The notes beneath the pieces are model-generated. The model saw nothing but the letters and a program-made list of their open reading frames with translations. It ran no database searches and was not told the origin of the DNA. The position numbers and the translations under genes are program-made. A DNA stretch of 59,191 nt, taken from positions 1-59,191 of the forward strand of contig CAVUHW010000050.1 in assembly GCA_963741205.1 (NCBI GenBank), given 5' to 3'. Within the stretch, counting starts at the first letter, position 1, and every line of letters begins with the position of its first letter. Source of the DNA: Nitrospirota bacterium (lineage in GTDB: Bacteria; Nitrospirota; UBA9217). Below, piece after piece: positions 47,322 to 57,687 of this stretch.

Positions 47322-49431
47322 ATGCTTGTTCGAGAGAGAATACGGCGGCTGGTCAAAGACCCGATCGAAACCAGCCTGGGGCTGAAGTTCCTGGTGACGC
47401 TGACCGGCGTCATATCCCTGTTCATGGTGGCCGGCACGTTGTTCGTCGCACGCGTCCTCATGGAGGCGCAGTACCGGGAACTGGACACTCGCGGCAGGGA
47501 GATGGGGCAGTTCCTGGGGAGGGCCGGGGCCGATCCGCTCATTCAGAAGGACCTGGTCGCCCTCGACGCCCTTGTCGCCCAAGCGGTAAAGTCCCAGGAC
47601 ATGCTCTACACCTATGTGTCGGACCCTGAGGACAAGATCCTCAGCAATTCCTTCGTGAGTTTCGACAAAGAGCGGCCCGAGGTCAAGGAATTTCTGGAGC
47701 AGGAAAAAAGCACCGACATGAACGTCCTCGCGTCGAGAGCGCGGGAGAAGCTGGATCCGCTCGAAGTGCGGGTTGACATCCAGATCGGCACGGCGCGGCC
47801 CGGCTCGGTCACCATGGGCTTTTCCCGGGCTGGCGTCAAAAAGAACGCTCGGAAGATCGTTCTGCTGCTGCTGGCGACGAGCCTGGTGATCGTCTCGTCC
47901 TTTGCCGCCCTGGTCTTCGTGATGACGCGGAGGATGATCGTCGTCCCGACCGCCGAGGCCGTGGCCGTGGCCACAAGCGCCGCCGCGGGTGATCTCTCGC
48001 GCGGCGTGCACGTGCGCTCCCTCGACGAGATCGGCATGCTCGGACGGGGCCTGAATCGCATGATCATCGGGCTCAAGGGCATGATCGAAAACGTGAGAGA
48101 GGCCGCCCGCGGGACGGAGTCAGTCCGGCTCGAGGTCAAACAGATGTCGGCGGAGATAACGGCCGGGAGCAAGGTGCAGGCCGAGGCCGTCGAAGAGGCC
48201 GCGTCGTCGGTCAACGAAATGCATTTCGCCCTCAAGGAAATAGCGAGCAACGTCGATGATGTCTACAAGACGTCGGAGCAGACCTCGTCCGCGGTGATCG
48301 AGATGGCGGCGTCGATCAACGAGGTGGCCGGGACCATGTCGGAGCTCTCGTCGGCCATCGAGGAGACCTCGGCCGCGATAGGCCAGATGTCCGCCGCCGT
48401 CCGGCAGATCGCCGATAACGTACAGGTCCTCTCGTCGGCCGCGGAAGATACGGCCGCGTCGACGACGGAGATCAGCGCCTCGGTGAAGGAAGTGGAGTCC
48501 AGCGCAAAGGAATCCGCTGCACTGGCGGAGGCCGTGGCGGCCGACGCCCAGCAGTTCGGCATGCATTCGGTTGAAAAGACCATCGAAGGCATGAACCGCA
48601 TCGACGCCACGGCGCGAAAGACCGCCGAGGTGGTGAATCGCCTGGGTGAACGGGCGGAAAATATCGGGACCATCCTGACCGTGATCGAGGACATCACGGA
48701 CCAGACCGGCCTTCTCGCGTTGAACGCGGCGATCCTCGCGGCTCAGGCCGGGGAACACGGCAAGGGCTTCGCCGTGGTCGCGGCCGAAATTAGAGAACTG
48801 GCAAACCGCACTGCCGCCTCAACGAAGGAAATCACGGCCCTGATAGGCTCCGTGCAGGATGAATCGCGGGAGGCCGTCGGCGCCATGCGGGAAGAGGTCG
48901 CCCTGGTTGAAGAAGGCGTGAAGCTGGCGCACGAAACGAGGGGGGCGCTCGAAAAAATCCTGGAGCGCGCCGACCTGTCCCGCGATATGAGCAAGAACAT
49001 CAACAGGGCCGCGAGCGAACAGGCCCGGGGCATCAGCCAGGTGAGCGGCGCCGTCGACAGGATAAACGAGATGACCCACCAGTTCGCCCGGGCCGCGGTC
49101 GAGCAAAAGGCCGGCAGCGAACAGATCATACGGGCGTCGGAGCGCATGCGGGAGTTGACGCGGTTCGTGAAAAAATCCACCGACGAACAGGCAAAGGGGG
49201 GCAAGGACATAACGGCCGCCGTGGAAGACATGAGTTCCCGAATAGGCCTGATCAACAGGGCCGCCGGCGAAGTCCAGTCCGGAAGCGACCTCATCGTCAA
49301 ATCCATCGAACGGATCAAGGAAATCGCGAGGGCCAATGCCGACCTGGCCGCACGGCTCCACGGCGCCATGGACGTCATGGCCGTCACAGTCGGAGGCCCT
49401 CAAGAAGGACATCGAGAAATTCAGAACCTGA
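47322..49431 (+). CDS. Methyl-accepting chemotaxis protein 3 (indel near the 3' end)
   Basis: 2 TM, HAMP (DEIGMLG), [23 protein letters not shown]; corrected end ..KDIEKFRT*. Confidence 0.94.
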
Positions 49432-49513
49432 CAATTGCGGATTGCGGAATGATTTCGAAAGAGTGCGGTCCGGAATCTCTGAACTTCACGAGTAAAGCCT
49501 CATAGCCTTAGCC

Positions 49514-49633
49514 TGTCATTCCGGGCTTGACCCGGAATCCAGCCTGCACCCGGCGGTTACGAATGCGCTAGCGCGAGTGCAGGGTGTGGCTTTTTGAAAT
49601 AAAAATGGATTCCTGCTTCCGCAGGAATGACAG
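49514..49633. repeat. GTCATTCC/GGAATGAC REP-like doublet
   Basis: TGTCATTCCGGGCTTGACCCGGAATCC ... GGATTCCTGCTTCCGCAGGAATGACA. Confidence 0.75.
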
Positions 49634-49676
49634 AACATGGGGTTTTCTGATGTCCTTAGTAAGCACGGAGTGCGTA

Positions 49677-50204
49677 ATGAAGACATCGCCAGACAAAAAA
49701 ACGGCCGCCCAGGACAGCACGGCGCAGCTCGTCACGTTCCAGGTGGGGACGGAGGAATACGGGCTGGACATCGGCGCCATCACCGAGGTCATCCGTCCGC
49801 TTAAGGTCACACCCCTGCCCCGGATGCCTGAATTCATCGAGGGCGTGATCAACCTTCGCGGCGCCATCATTCCGATCATCGACCTCCGAAAGCGCTTTGC
49901 GCTCGCGAAGATCATCGACAATCCGAGGACCATGCGCATGGTGATAACCCGGGGGGCCGTCGCGGGGGCGTCCGGGGCCGACAAGGGGCTTTTGGGGTTC
50001 CTCGTGGACGGCGTGCACGAGGTGCTCCACCTGCCGAAGAAAGATATCGAGCCCGCGCCTCGCGCGGCCACCGGAGAATTTTCCGATTTCATCACGGGCA
50101 TGGGGAAGGTCGGCGAGCGGCTCATCATCCTCCTGGATATCCCCAAAATTTTGAGCCAGCAGGAGCGTTCGGCGCTGGCGAAGGCGGGACATGACGAACC
50201 TTGA
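49677..50204 (+). CDS. cheW: Chemotaxis coupling protein CheW
   Basis: QLVTFQVGTEEYG, IEGVINLRG, LIILLD. Confidence 0.92.
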   Translation: MKTSPDKKTAAQDSTAQLVTFQVGTEEYGLDIGAITEVIRPLKVTPLPRMPEFIEGVINLRGAIIPIIDLRKRFALAKIIDNPRTMRMVITRGAVAGASGADKGLLGFLVDGVHEVLHLPKKDIEPAPRAATGEFSDFITGMGKVGERLIILLDIPKILSQQERSALAKAGHDEP

Positions 50205-52185
50205 CGAGCTTGGCAGAAGACTCGGGAGCAGTGACGCCGAGGAGCGGCGCGAAGCGGCCGTCGAACTGAGCCGCGGGGGTGCGGAGGCCGTGCCCCTGCT
50301 GTTCCGCTCCCTGGGAGACCGCGACTGGCGGGTGCGCAAAACCGCCGTTGAAGCGCTCGTATCGATCGGCGGAGCAGCGCGTCATCGAAGGTCTCCTGCG
50401 GACACTGAACGCTCCCGACAACGCGGGAGCGCGAAACTCCGCCATCGAAGCCCTCGTTCGCATCGGCGTGCCCGCCGTCGACGCCCTGCTCCCCCTCGTC
50501 GAGACGCCGGACCCGGATGTGAGAAAGTTCGTCGTCGATATTCTCGGCGACATCAAAGACGCCAGGGCTGTGCCGGTTCTGATCGACCGCCTGGGAGATG
50601 CCGACGAAAACATCCGGGTGGCCGCTGCTGAGGCGCTCGGCAAGATCCGAGACCCCCGGTCGGTCGATGCCTTGCTCGCCTGCCTCACGCGCTACAATCA
50701 GGGCTGGCTTGATTATGCCGCCGCCGAAGCGCTGGGAGAGATCGGCGACGTTCGGGCGCTGGAACCGCTCATCACGGCGCTCGGCCGCAGCAGCCTTCGG
50801 GAGCCGGTCCTCGAAGCGCTTGGCAAGATCGGGAACGCCGATACGCTGGGGCCGCTGATCGCGAGCCTCGGCGATCCGCTCCGGATCGTCCGCGAAGTAT
50901 CCATCGTTGCGGTATGCCGGGATCTACCGGAAAAGCACGGAGCCGGACCGGGAGAAGATCAGATCCGCCGTTCGCTCCGGGATGACTGAACGCGCCGTGG
51001 ATTTCCTTGAAGAGATCCTTATCACGAGCAGCGGCGAACTGCTGAAGTCGACCATAACGCTGCTCGGCTGCGCCGGCCGGGAGAGTTCCATCAGGAAGAT
51101 CCTCGCCCTTTTGAAGGAAGAGGACCTCGAGGAGCCGGTCGTGCAGTCGCTTCAATTCCTGGACCGCGAACAGGCCGGCCTCCTGCTCGGCTACCTTTCG
51201 AGCGACAACAACCTCGTCAGGCGGTCGGTCGCCCGGGTGCTGGGGAGCCTGGGCGGTCCCGGCTGCCGAGGATCCCCTGATCCGGTTGCTGGCAGACGAA
51301 AACGGCCATGTACGGAACACCGCGGCCGAGGCCCTCGGCCGCATGAAGAGCAAAAAAGCGGTCGCGCCCCTGCTCGCCCTTTTGGCCGACGAATACCAGA
51401 ACGTCCAGGATTGCGCCATCCAGGCGCTGGCAGCGATCGGCGACGAGTCTGTCCTCGACGGCCTGATCAGGGGCTTTTCCTCGTCCGATGCCTCCATGCG
51501 CCGGAACATCGCCCTCCTGCTCGGAAAATTCCCGGTGGAACGGGCCATTGACGCGCTTGTCTTCGCGCTCAAGGATGAGGAGCCGGAGGTCAGAAAGGCC
51601 GTCGTCCAGGCGCTCGGCGCCGCGGCCGGCGGGAAGGCGCTTCGCCCGCTGATGCTCGCGATTACCGACGACGACCCCGAAGTCCGCATGCTGGCGGCGG
51701 AGGCGCTCGGATCGGCCGGCACGATCGAAGCGCGCGACGCGCTCGTCCCCCTCCTTGAGGACAGCGATCTGTGGGTCAGGGCAGCGGCGGCCCGGGGCCT
51801 CGGTGAAATCGGAGGAGAGGCGGCGGCCGCCCTGCTCACCTCAAGACTTCAGGCCGCGGCCGATATCTTTCTCCTCGCTCTCATCGACGCGCTGGGCAAA
51901 CTGGCGTTCCCGCAGTCGCTTGGTCCGCTCCTCAAGCTGGCGGACCACCCCGACCCCGAAGTTCGTAAAACGGTTTTGGCGGCGCTCGCCTCTTACGGCG
52001 GCGAGTCCGTCCGGCAGGCCTTCATCGCGCGCTTGTCGGACCCTCATTGGAGCGTTCGCAAGGCCGCAGTCCTGGCGCTCGGACGGGAGCGGACGGAGGA
52101 TGTCGACGCCCTCCTGGAAGCGATCGTCGCTCGCGACCCGGATACGGCGGTAAGGCAGGCGGCCGAAGAGGCCTTGGGGAGATAA
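50191..52185 (+). CDS. HEAT / PBS-lyase repeat protein (frameshifted)
   Basis: Many D..VR.AA.EALG repeats. Confidence 0.9.
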
Positions 52186-53079
52186 ATGTTCGAAGAGCAG
52201 ACCATTCCGCTGCCCGATGACGTCTTCAGGCTCCTCCGGGATTTCATCCACGGCTACTGCGGTATCTATTTTGACGACGGGTCAAAGTTCCTGCTCGAAC
52301 GCCGGCTTTCACGGCGCCTCGAGCAGCACCGGCTCAAGAGTTTCGAGGAGTACTATCACTTCCTGCGGTATGACCGGAAGCGGGAAGAGGAACTCGTCGC
52401 CCTTATCGACAACCTGACGACGAATGAAACGTATTTCTTCCGCGAGAGCCCGCAGCTCCGCGCGTTTTCCGAAGAGATCCTGCCCGAACTACGCGCGAGT
52501 CTCGCCGACCGCAAGTCGCTCCGCATCTGGAGCGCCGGCTGCTCCACCGGCGAGGAGCCGTACACCATCGCCATTCTCCTCCTCGAGTCGGGGGACTGGT
52601 GGCGCGACTGGCAGGTCGATATTATCGGGAGCGACATCAACCAGCGGGTGCTGCACACTGCCAGAAAGGGCGTCTACAAGAAGGGCGCGCACCGCGCGAC
52701 GGACCCCCGCATGCTGGCAAAGTATTTCATCACCGACGAGAAGGGCGATTACCGGATCATCGACCGGGTCAAGGAGCTGGTTTCGTTCAGCTACCTGAAC
52801 CTGCTCGATCCCTACAAGACCAGCCTGGTCGGCGGCATGGACGTCATTTTCTGCCGGAACGTGATCATCTACTTCGACCGCGAGGCGAAGAAAAAGGTGA
52901 TCGAGGGGTTTTATCACAAACTCCGGGACGGCGGCTACCTGCTCCTGGGACATTCCGAGTCCCTGATCAATATCTCGAACGCCTTCGTACTCCGCACGCT
53001 TAAAAACGACATGGTTTACCAGAAACCGGTGAGGATGAAAACTGAAAATTCCAAATATCAAACGACAAATCTCAAATAA
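52186..53079 (+). CDS. cheR: Chemotaxis methyltransferase CheR
   Basis: TTNETYFFRE, IWSAGCSTGEEPY, DVIFCRNVIIYF, LGHSES. Confidence 0.96.
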   Translation: MFEEQTIPLPDDVFRLLRDFIHGYCGIYFDDGSKFLLERRLSRRLEQHRLKSFEEYYHFLRYDRKREEELVALIDNLTTNETYFFRESPQLRAFSEEILPELRASLADRKSLRIWSAGCSTGEEPYTIAILLLESGDWWRDWQVDIIGSDINQRVLHTARKGVYKKGAHRATDPRMLAKYFITDEKGDYRIIDRVKELVSFSYLNLLDPYKTSLVGGMDVIFCRNVIIYFDREAKKKVIEGFYHKLRDGGYLLLGHSESLINISNAFVLRTLKNDMVYQKPVRMKTENSKYQTTNLK

Positions 53080-53145
53080 AATCCAAGTTCAAAATTCCGA
53101 CATTCAAAAACACCCGGCACCTGACTTTTGGTACTTGAAATTTTA
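53045..53145. repeat. CAAATCC/CAAATTC-type heptamer element overlapping the cheR 3' end
   Basis: AAATTCCAAATATCAAACGACAAATCTCAAA ... TTTGGTACTTGAAATTT. Confidence 0.6.
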
Positions 53146-53196
53146 CCATGATCCCCATGATGCTTGATATCCGGGATTCCGGCAAGGAGCAAGTTC

Positions 53197-54273
53197 GTGA
53201 ACAAGATCAAGGCCCTCGTAGTTGACGATTCCGCGTACAACCGCACGGTGATCTCCAAGATGCTGGCGAGCGACAAGATGATCGAGGTCGTCGGCAGCGC
53301 CACCGACGGCGTCGACGCCATTGCCAAAACGCTCCGCTTTCTGCCCGACGTGATAACCCTTGATCTCGAGATGCCGAATATGGACGGCTTCTCATTCCTC
53401 AGGTGGCTCATGCTGGAGCGGCCGACGCCCGTCATCGTTCTCTCCTCCCGCTCCGACAGCCAGAGTGTGTTCCGCGCCCTCGAGCTCGGCGCCGTGGAGT
53501 TCCTTTCCAAACCCGAGTCACGCATCTCCCGGAGCATCGAGTCCGTCAGGGACGAGCTCCTCTCCAAGGTCCACGCGGTCCTGAACCTTCAAATGTCCAA
53601 AGTCAAGTCGACGATGGATCTCCTGGCGAGGGAACAACCGGCGCCCGTGGTCCGCAAGGAAGACGAGGCTCCGCGGGAGCAGGGTTTGATCGAGGTGGTG
53701 GCCATCGCGTCGTCCACGGGCGGGCCGCCGGCGCTGCAGGCGCTCCTGACCGGCCTTCCGGGGGACCTCTCCGCGGCCATCGTCATCGCCCAACATATGC
53801 CCGCGGGGTTTACGAGGAGCTTCGCCGAGCGGCTGAACAAACTTTCGGCGCTCGTCGTGCGCGAGGCGGCCCCGGGGGACCGCGTGGAGCCGGGTACCGC
53901 GCTGATCGCGCCCGGGGGCCAGCATCTCGTCGTCAAGCGGGACAGCGCCGGCCTCGTGACAGACCTCGTTCCCCGCGGCCCCAAAGACATGTATATTCCG
54001 TCGGCGGACCGGATGATGGTCTCCGTGGCCGAGGCCTGCGGCCCCGCGGCGCTCGGGATCGTCCTCACGGGGATGGGCAAGGACGGCGCCGAAGGCGTGG
54101 TGGCCATCAAAAAAAAGCAGGGGAAGTGCCTGGCCGAGAGCGAGGAAAGCGCTGTTATCTTCGGCATGCCGCATGAGGCCATCAAAACGGGGGCTGTGGA
54201 CAAGGTCCTGCCCCTGAGCGGCATGGCGGAGGAGATCAAGCTGCGGTGCGCGCCGAAAAAAAAACCTGCCTGA
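53197..54273 (+). CDS. cheB: Chemotaxis methylesterase CheB
   Basis: REC domain, SSTGGP, QHMP, LTGMGKDG, FGMP. Confidence 0.96.
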   Translation: MNKIKALVVDDSAYNRTVISKMLASDKMIEVVGSATDGVDAIAKTLRFLPDVITLDLEMPNMDGFSFLRWLMLERPTPVIVLSSRSDSQSVFRALELGAVEFLSKPESRISRSIESVRDELLSKVHAVLNLQMSKVKSTMDLLAREQPAPVVRKEDEAPREQGLIEVVAIASSTGGPPALQALLTGLPGDLSAAIVIAQHMPAGFTRSFAERLNKLSALVVREAAPGDRVEPGTALIAPGGQHLVVKRDSAGLVTDLVPRGPKDMYIPSADRMMVSVAEACGPAALGIVLTGMGKDGAEGVVAIKKKQGKCLAESEESAVIFGMPHEAIKTGAVDKVLPLSGMAEEIKLRCAPKKKPA

Positions 54274-54570
54274 TCCGTTTTCGTCCGCGCCGCTTCTTCG
54301 ATCGGTCGAATACCCTTCCCCGGGCGCATGAGGCTTCCGGGCGGGGCAGAGCCGTAGAAGATGATACTTCCTCCTCCTACAAACGCCGACTGCGATTTTT
54401 GGAAATGCCAACCTCCACCCGTAATTCTGCAATTTCAAGAAGCGTAAACAATCCGCGACTCCATCCTGTATCATTCACACTTGACCAAACTAGCCCATGT
54501 GCAATTTTGAAGTAGTATTCTGCAATCGCCGACCCATCTTTCACAATTCGACATTCACAATTCGACGTCA

Positions 54571-54599
54571 TTGACATAGCGCTTAGTCTGGCTTATATT
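54571..54599 (+). promoter_or_regulatory. Sigma70 promoter
   Basis: TTGACA-N17-TATATT. Confidence 0.6.
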
Positions 54600-54731
54600 C
54601 GTGTCAAAAGATATCAAGAATACAAAACATGTGTTGCAGTTGCGCTAACTATGCACGCATTTTGATATGTTGAGTAATGGTCTACTCAATAACTGGTTCT
54701 CCCCTCGTGACGCGATTATTCTGGAGGCTGC

Positions 54732-55288
54732 ATGAAAAAGTTACTCACTGTTTGGACGATCCTACTTGTGTGCCTATTTTATATATCGCCGGGTATAGCA
54801 GACGAACAAAAACCGAAGAAATGGATGGTTGGAACAGAACTCGATTTGGTTCCTTATATATTCGAAGGATACTAATCTCAGCCGTAGCGGGCTATGGCAA
54901 ATGGCGGACCCGATTCGTGCGTACGAACATAACCACGCCTAGCTTCGCAACGCAATCCGGTTTCGAAGACAACGAGCTGAATGTTAATGCCTTTATTGTC
55001 GATTACTATTTCAGGGATGGCTTTCAGGGATGGTGGATCGGTCCAGGTTACGAGAACTGGGATGGGGAAGTCGAGGAGAAGAGCAGCGGGCTCAGGAGGA
55101 CCTACAGGACGGACATCCTTACACTTGGCGGAGGTTACACAATCCGTTTCAACGATTACTTTTATATCAATCCTTGGGCAGCTGTGCACATACCAATTGG
55201 TGGTGATAAAGACGTCCAGTTTGTCAATGAAACATTCAAGATCCGAATAACACCGGAAGCTTCAATCAAGATTGGAATAAACTTTTAG
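54732..55288 (+). CDS. Small outer-membrane beta-barrel-like protein (frameshifted)
   Basis: RBS GGAGG, MKKLL signal peptide, alternating strands, C-terminal IKIGINF. Confidence 0.6.
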
Positions 55289-55438
55289 CATAACATCCGC
55301 ATATCTGGCTGGTAATTCTCAGCCTTAAGTTTGGAAAGAACATTGCGATCTTGAATTATCGAGATTCAAATGGAAAGTATCACCGTATGTGAAGGACATA
55401 AATGAAGAAGAGTGTTGGCTCCTGAAGGAATAATCTAA

Positions 55439-55497
55439 TCATAACCTGCGGGTCGAGTCCGACGGCTACGGCACACATCTCACCCGCGCGGTTCATA
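55439..55497 (+). other. attC-like site
   Basis: CATAAC-CTGCGGGT(C)GAG ... CTCACCCGCGCG-GTT. Confidence 0.55.
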
Positions 55498-55866
55498 TGC
55501 CCTTTATATGATTATCACTTTTCAGCTAGTATTTCGAATTGAAATTTTAATCAATACGCATGCAAGCTCGTAGATAAAGTTTCCATTTTTCAAACGTTGC
55601 AACTTTAGTGGATTTCATGTGGAATCCGTTGAAGGTTCAATCTATCGAAGCTCGCGTGATCGTAGGTGGCTGTGACAGTGACCAGGATTTGATCGAATTG
55701 ACGACTATCGTTTGCACCTTTAAACGTTTTGTCCTTCATGAAGTCGATAAATCCACGATCCTCGAAAAATCAACATTTCGCCAAGAAAAAAACAGAATAT
55801 TGTTTGACATGAAAACTGAAGCAGCCTAAAATCGAGCGAGGCTGACGGTATTAAGGGCTACTGCTT

Positions 55867-56596
55867 ATGAACCATCTTACAGCATACTCTATGATGGTTA
55901 TCGCTGTTATCATCGGCGGGGGATCGCTCCTTCTTTTTGGAGTATTTCTTGCCGTCGGGCCCTTTACCATAGTTCACTTTTATGCCTTGGGACATCAGGT
56001 ACTCCTGTGGGATGGGTTCCTGTCCCTCCTATTTTCATTCAGCACAGCGGAATGGTACGACGTCGTTTCGTAATTGGCTCGCTCACATAATACCCCGCCA
56101 TTATCACCCGTCATTCTATGCCATCGCATCTGGAATAACACTGACAGCTGTAGTACTCTGTTGGCAACCGACTCAAACGGTTCTCTATGAGGTCACAGGC
56201 CTGCTTCGGTTGCTAGCCCGCGCTGTCTCTATCATTGCCATCGTAGGATTTTCATGGGGCGTGCGGGCGCTCGGAAACTTTGACACATTTGGGTTGGATC
56301 CCATCAAGGCTTATCTGCGCGGTAATCCGCTTCAACTACCAAATTTCGTCGTCCGCGGGCCCTATCTCTGGGTTCGCCATCCGCTCTATTTTTTCACGCT
56401 ACTACTCATCTGGTCGTGTCCCGACGTGAATTCGGACAGATTGCTTTTTAATATTCTCTGGACCCTCTGGTTGGTCCTCGGCTCGTACCTTGAGGAGAAG
56501 GATCTTGTCTCCGAGTTTGGGGAAAGGTATCGTCAGTACCAAAAGACAGTTCCAATGCTGCTTCCTTGGAGAGGACCTGCTGGCCGAGGGTTCTGA
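55867..56596 (+). CDS. Isoprenylcysteine carboxylmethyltransferase / MddA-like membrane methyltransferase (frameshifted)
   Basis: FIQHSGM.R, GPYLWVRHPLY, EEKDL, YRQYQKTVPML. Confidence 0.8.
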
Positions 56597-56940
56597 AGAT
56601 CATGGATAGCGCTCAAGATTGATTACATAGAACATCTTGCCGGCTGCACAATTGTATATTGCTACGATAAGCATCCTGATGTTTAAAGACAATAAATATC
56701 AGTGGTAATTTCCAGCGCGATATCATCCTGAACTTGTTGTTTTGTTCATCATCGCATGACCGCATCTTTCTACCCGAAATTAAAAGTTAATAATTATTAT
56801 AACAGCAATATATTTTTGCATGGCTGCGCAAGAAAAGCCGTGCCATGATATACTTAAAAAATTGATAAAAATAACGCACGCAACCTTTTCTTAAACTTAA
56901 GCCCGAGTAAGGGGCATTATTCTTTTGTTCGGGAGGAAAA

Positions 56941-57561
56941 ATGTCACGTTCAGGTGTAATAGCCGCTATCTTTATCATTACTTTCCTTTTCATGTGTCTC
57001 ATTGCTTTCTTTGTTCCGGGATGGCTCGGACGAGGGACAACGTTCCTGGTCATAGCTCTGATCGCACTTGGCATTGTCCTTGCCGCCATACTCTCGGCAG
57101 TTGTAACGAAGCAGATCAAAGAGCAACCAATTCAGCAGCCTGTCCCCGGGGAACCCGAAAAACCCGCGATAGCGCCTTTTGCAGTCGACGAGAAGGCCGT
57201 GCAGATCCTTTTGATCCTGCAAAAGAAAGGTCGTCTTATCGATTTTCTCCAGGAGGATATCAGTGGCTATCAGGACAGCCAGATCGGCGCCGCAGTGAGG
57301 AATATTCACAAGGGCTGCAGAGAGGCTCTCGCCGAATACTTTACGCTCAAGCCGGTAATGAAAGAAGCCGAGGGTGCGCAGGTGGCGGTCGAAAAAGGTT
57401 TCGATCCATCAGCTGTCCGCCTTACCGGGAATGTCGTTGGCACTCCTCCTTTTAAAGGAAAACTTACTCACAGCGGCTGGAGGGTAATAAAAACGAAGCT
57501 GCCCCCCATTCCGCAAAATCAGGATACGAGTATCATAGAGCCGGCAGAAGTAGAACTCTAG
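56941..57561 (+). CDS. DUF2760 domain membrane protein
   Basis: 2 TM; LQKKGRLIDFLQED, IGAAVR.IH.GC, RLTGNVVG.PPF.G.L.H.GW, PAEVEL. Confidence 0.88.
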   Translation: MSRSGVIAAIFIITFLFMCLIAFFVPGWLGRGTTFLVIALIALGIVLAAILSAVVTKQIKEQPIQQPVPGEPEKPAIAPFAVDEKAVQILLILQKKGRLIDFLQEDISGYQDSQIGAAVRNIHKGCREALAEYFTLKPVMKEAEGAQVAVEKGFDPSAVRLTGNVVGTPPFKGKLTHSGWRVIKTKLPPIPQNQDTSIIEPAEVEL

Positions 57562-57570
57562 CTTTGATCC

Positions 57571-57637
57571 CGTGAAAGAAGAAAGGTAAAACGTGAAAGG
57601 TTTAATACTTTTAACTTTTCACGCCTCACATTTCACG
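57571..57637. repeat. GTGAAAG heptamer tandem/inverted repeat
   Basis: CGTGAAAG..GGTAAAACGTGAAAG ... CTTTTCACGCCTCACATTTCACG. Confidence 0.65.
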
Positions 57638-57687
57638 GCCGATAGTGACCTCTGTGGCAGAAATGTTTTTACATGACAGGAGATTCA

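Noticed and set aside
42404-49412. Long antisense and alternate-frame ORFs over the MCP genes (and similar ones across the window)
   Set aside because: Shadow ORFs expected from high-GC codon bias; the forward frames carry the recognisable motifs
54648-54675. ATATGTTGAGT resembling a XerD arm of dif
   Set aside because: No XerC-like arm at 6-bp spacing
55608-55829. 73-aa ORF in the low-GC patch
   Set aside because: No RBS, no motif and no other support
56826-56845. TGGCAC...TTGC sigma54-like motif on the minus strand
   Set aside because: Spacing is too long for a -24/-12 promoter
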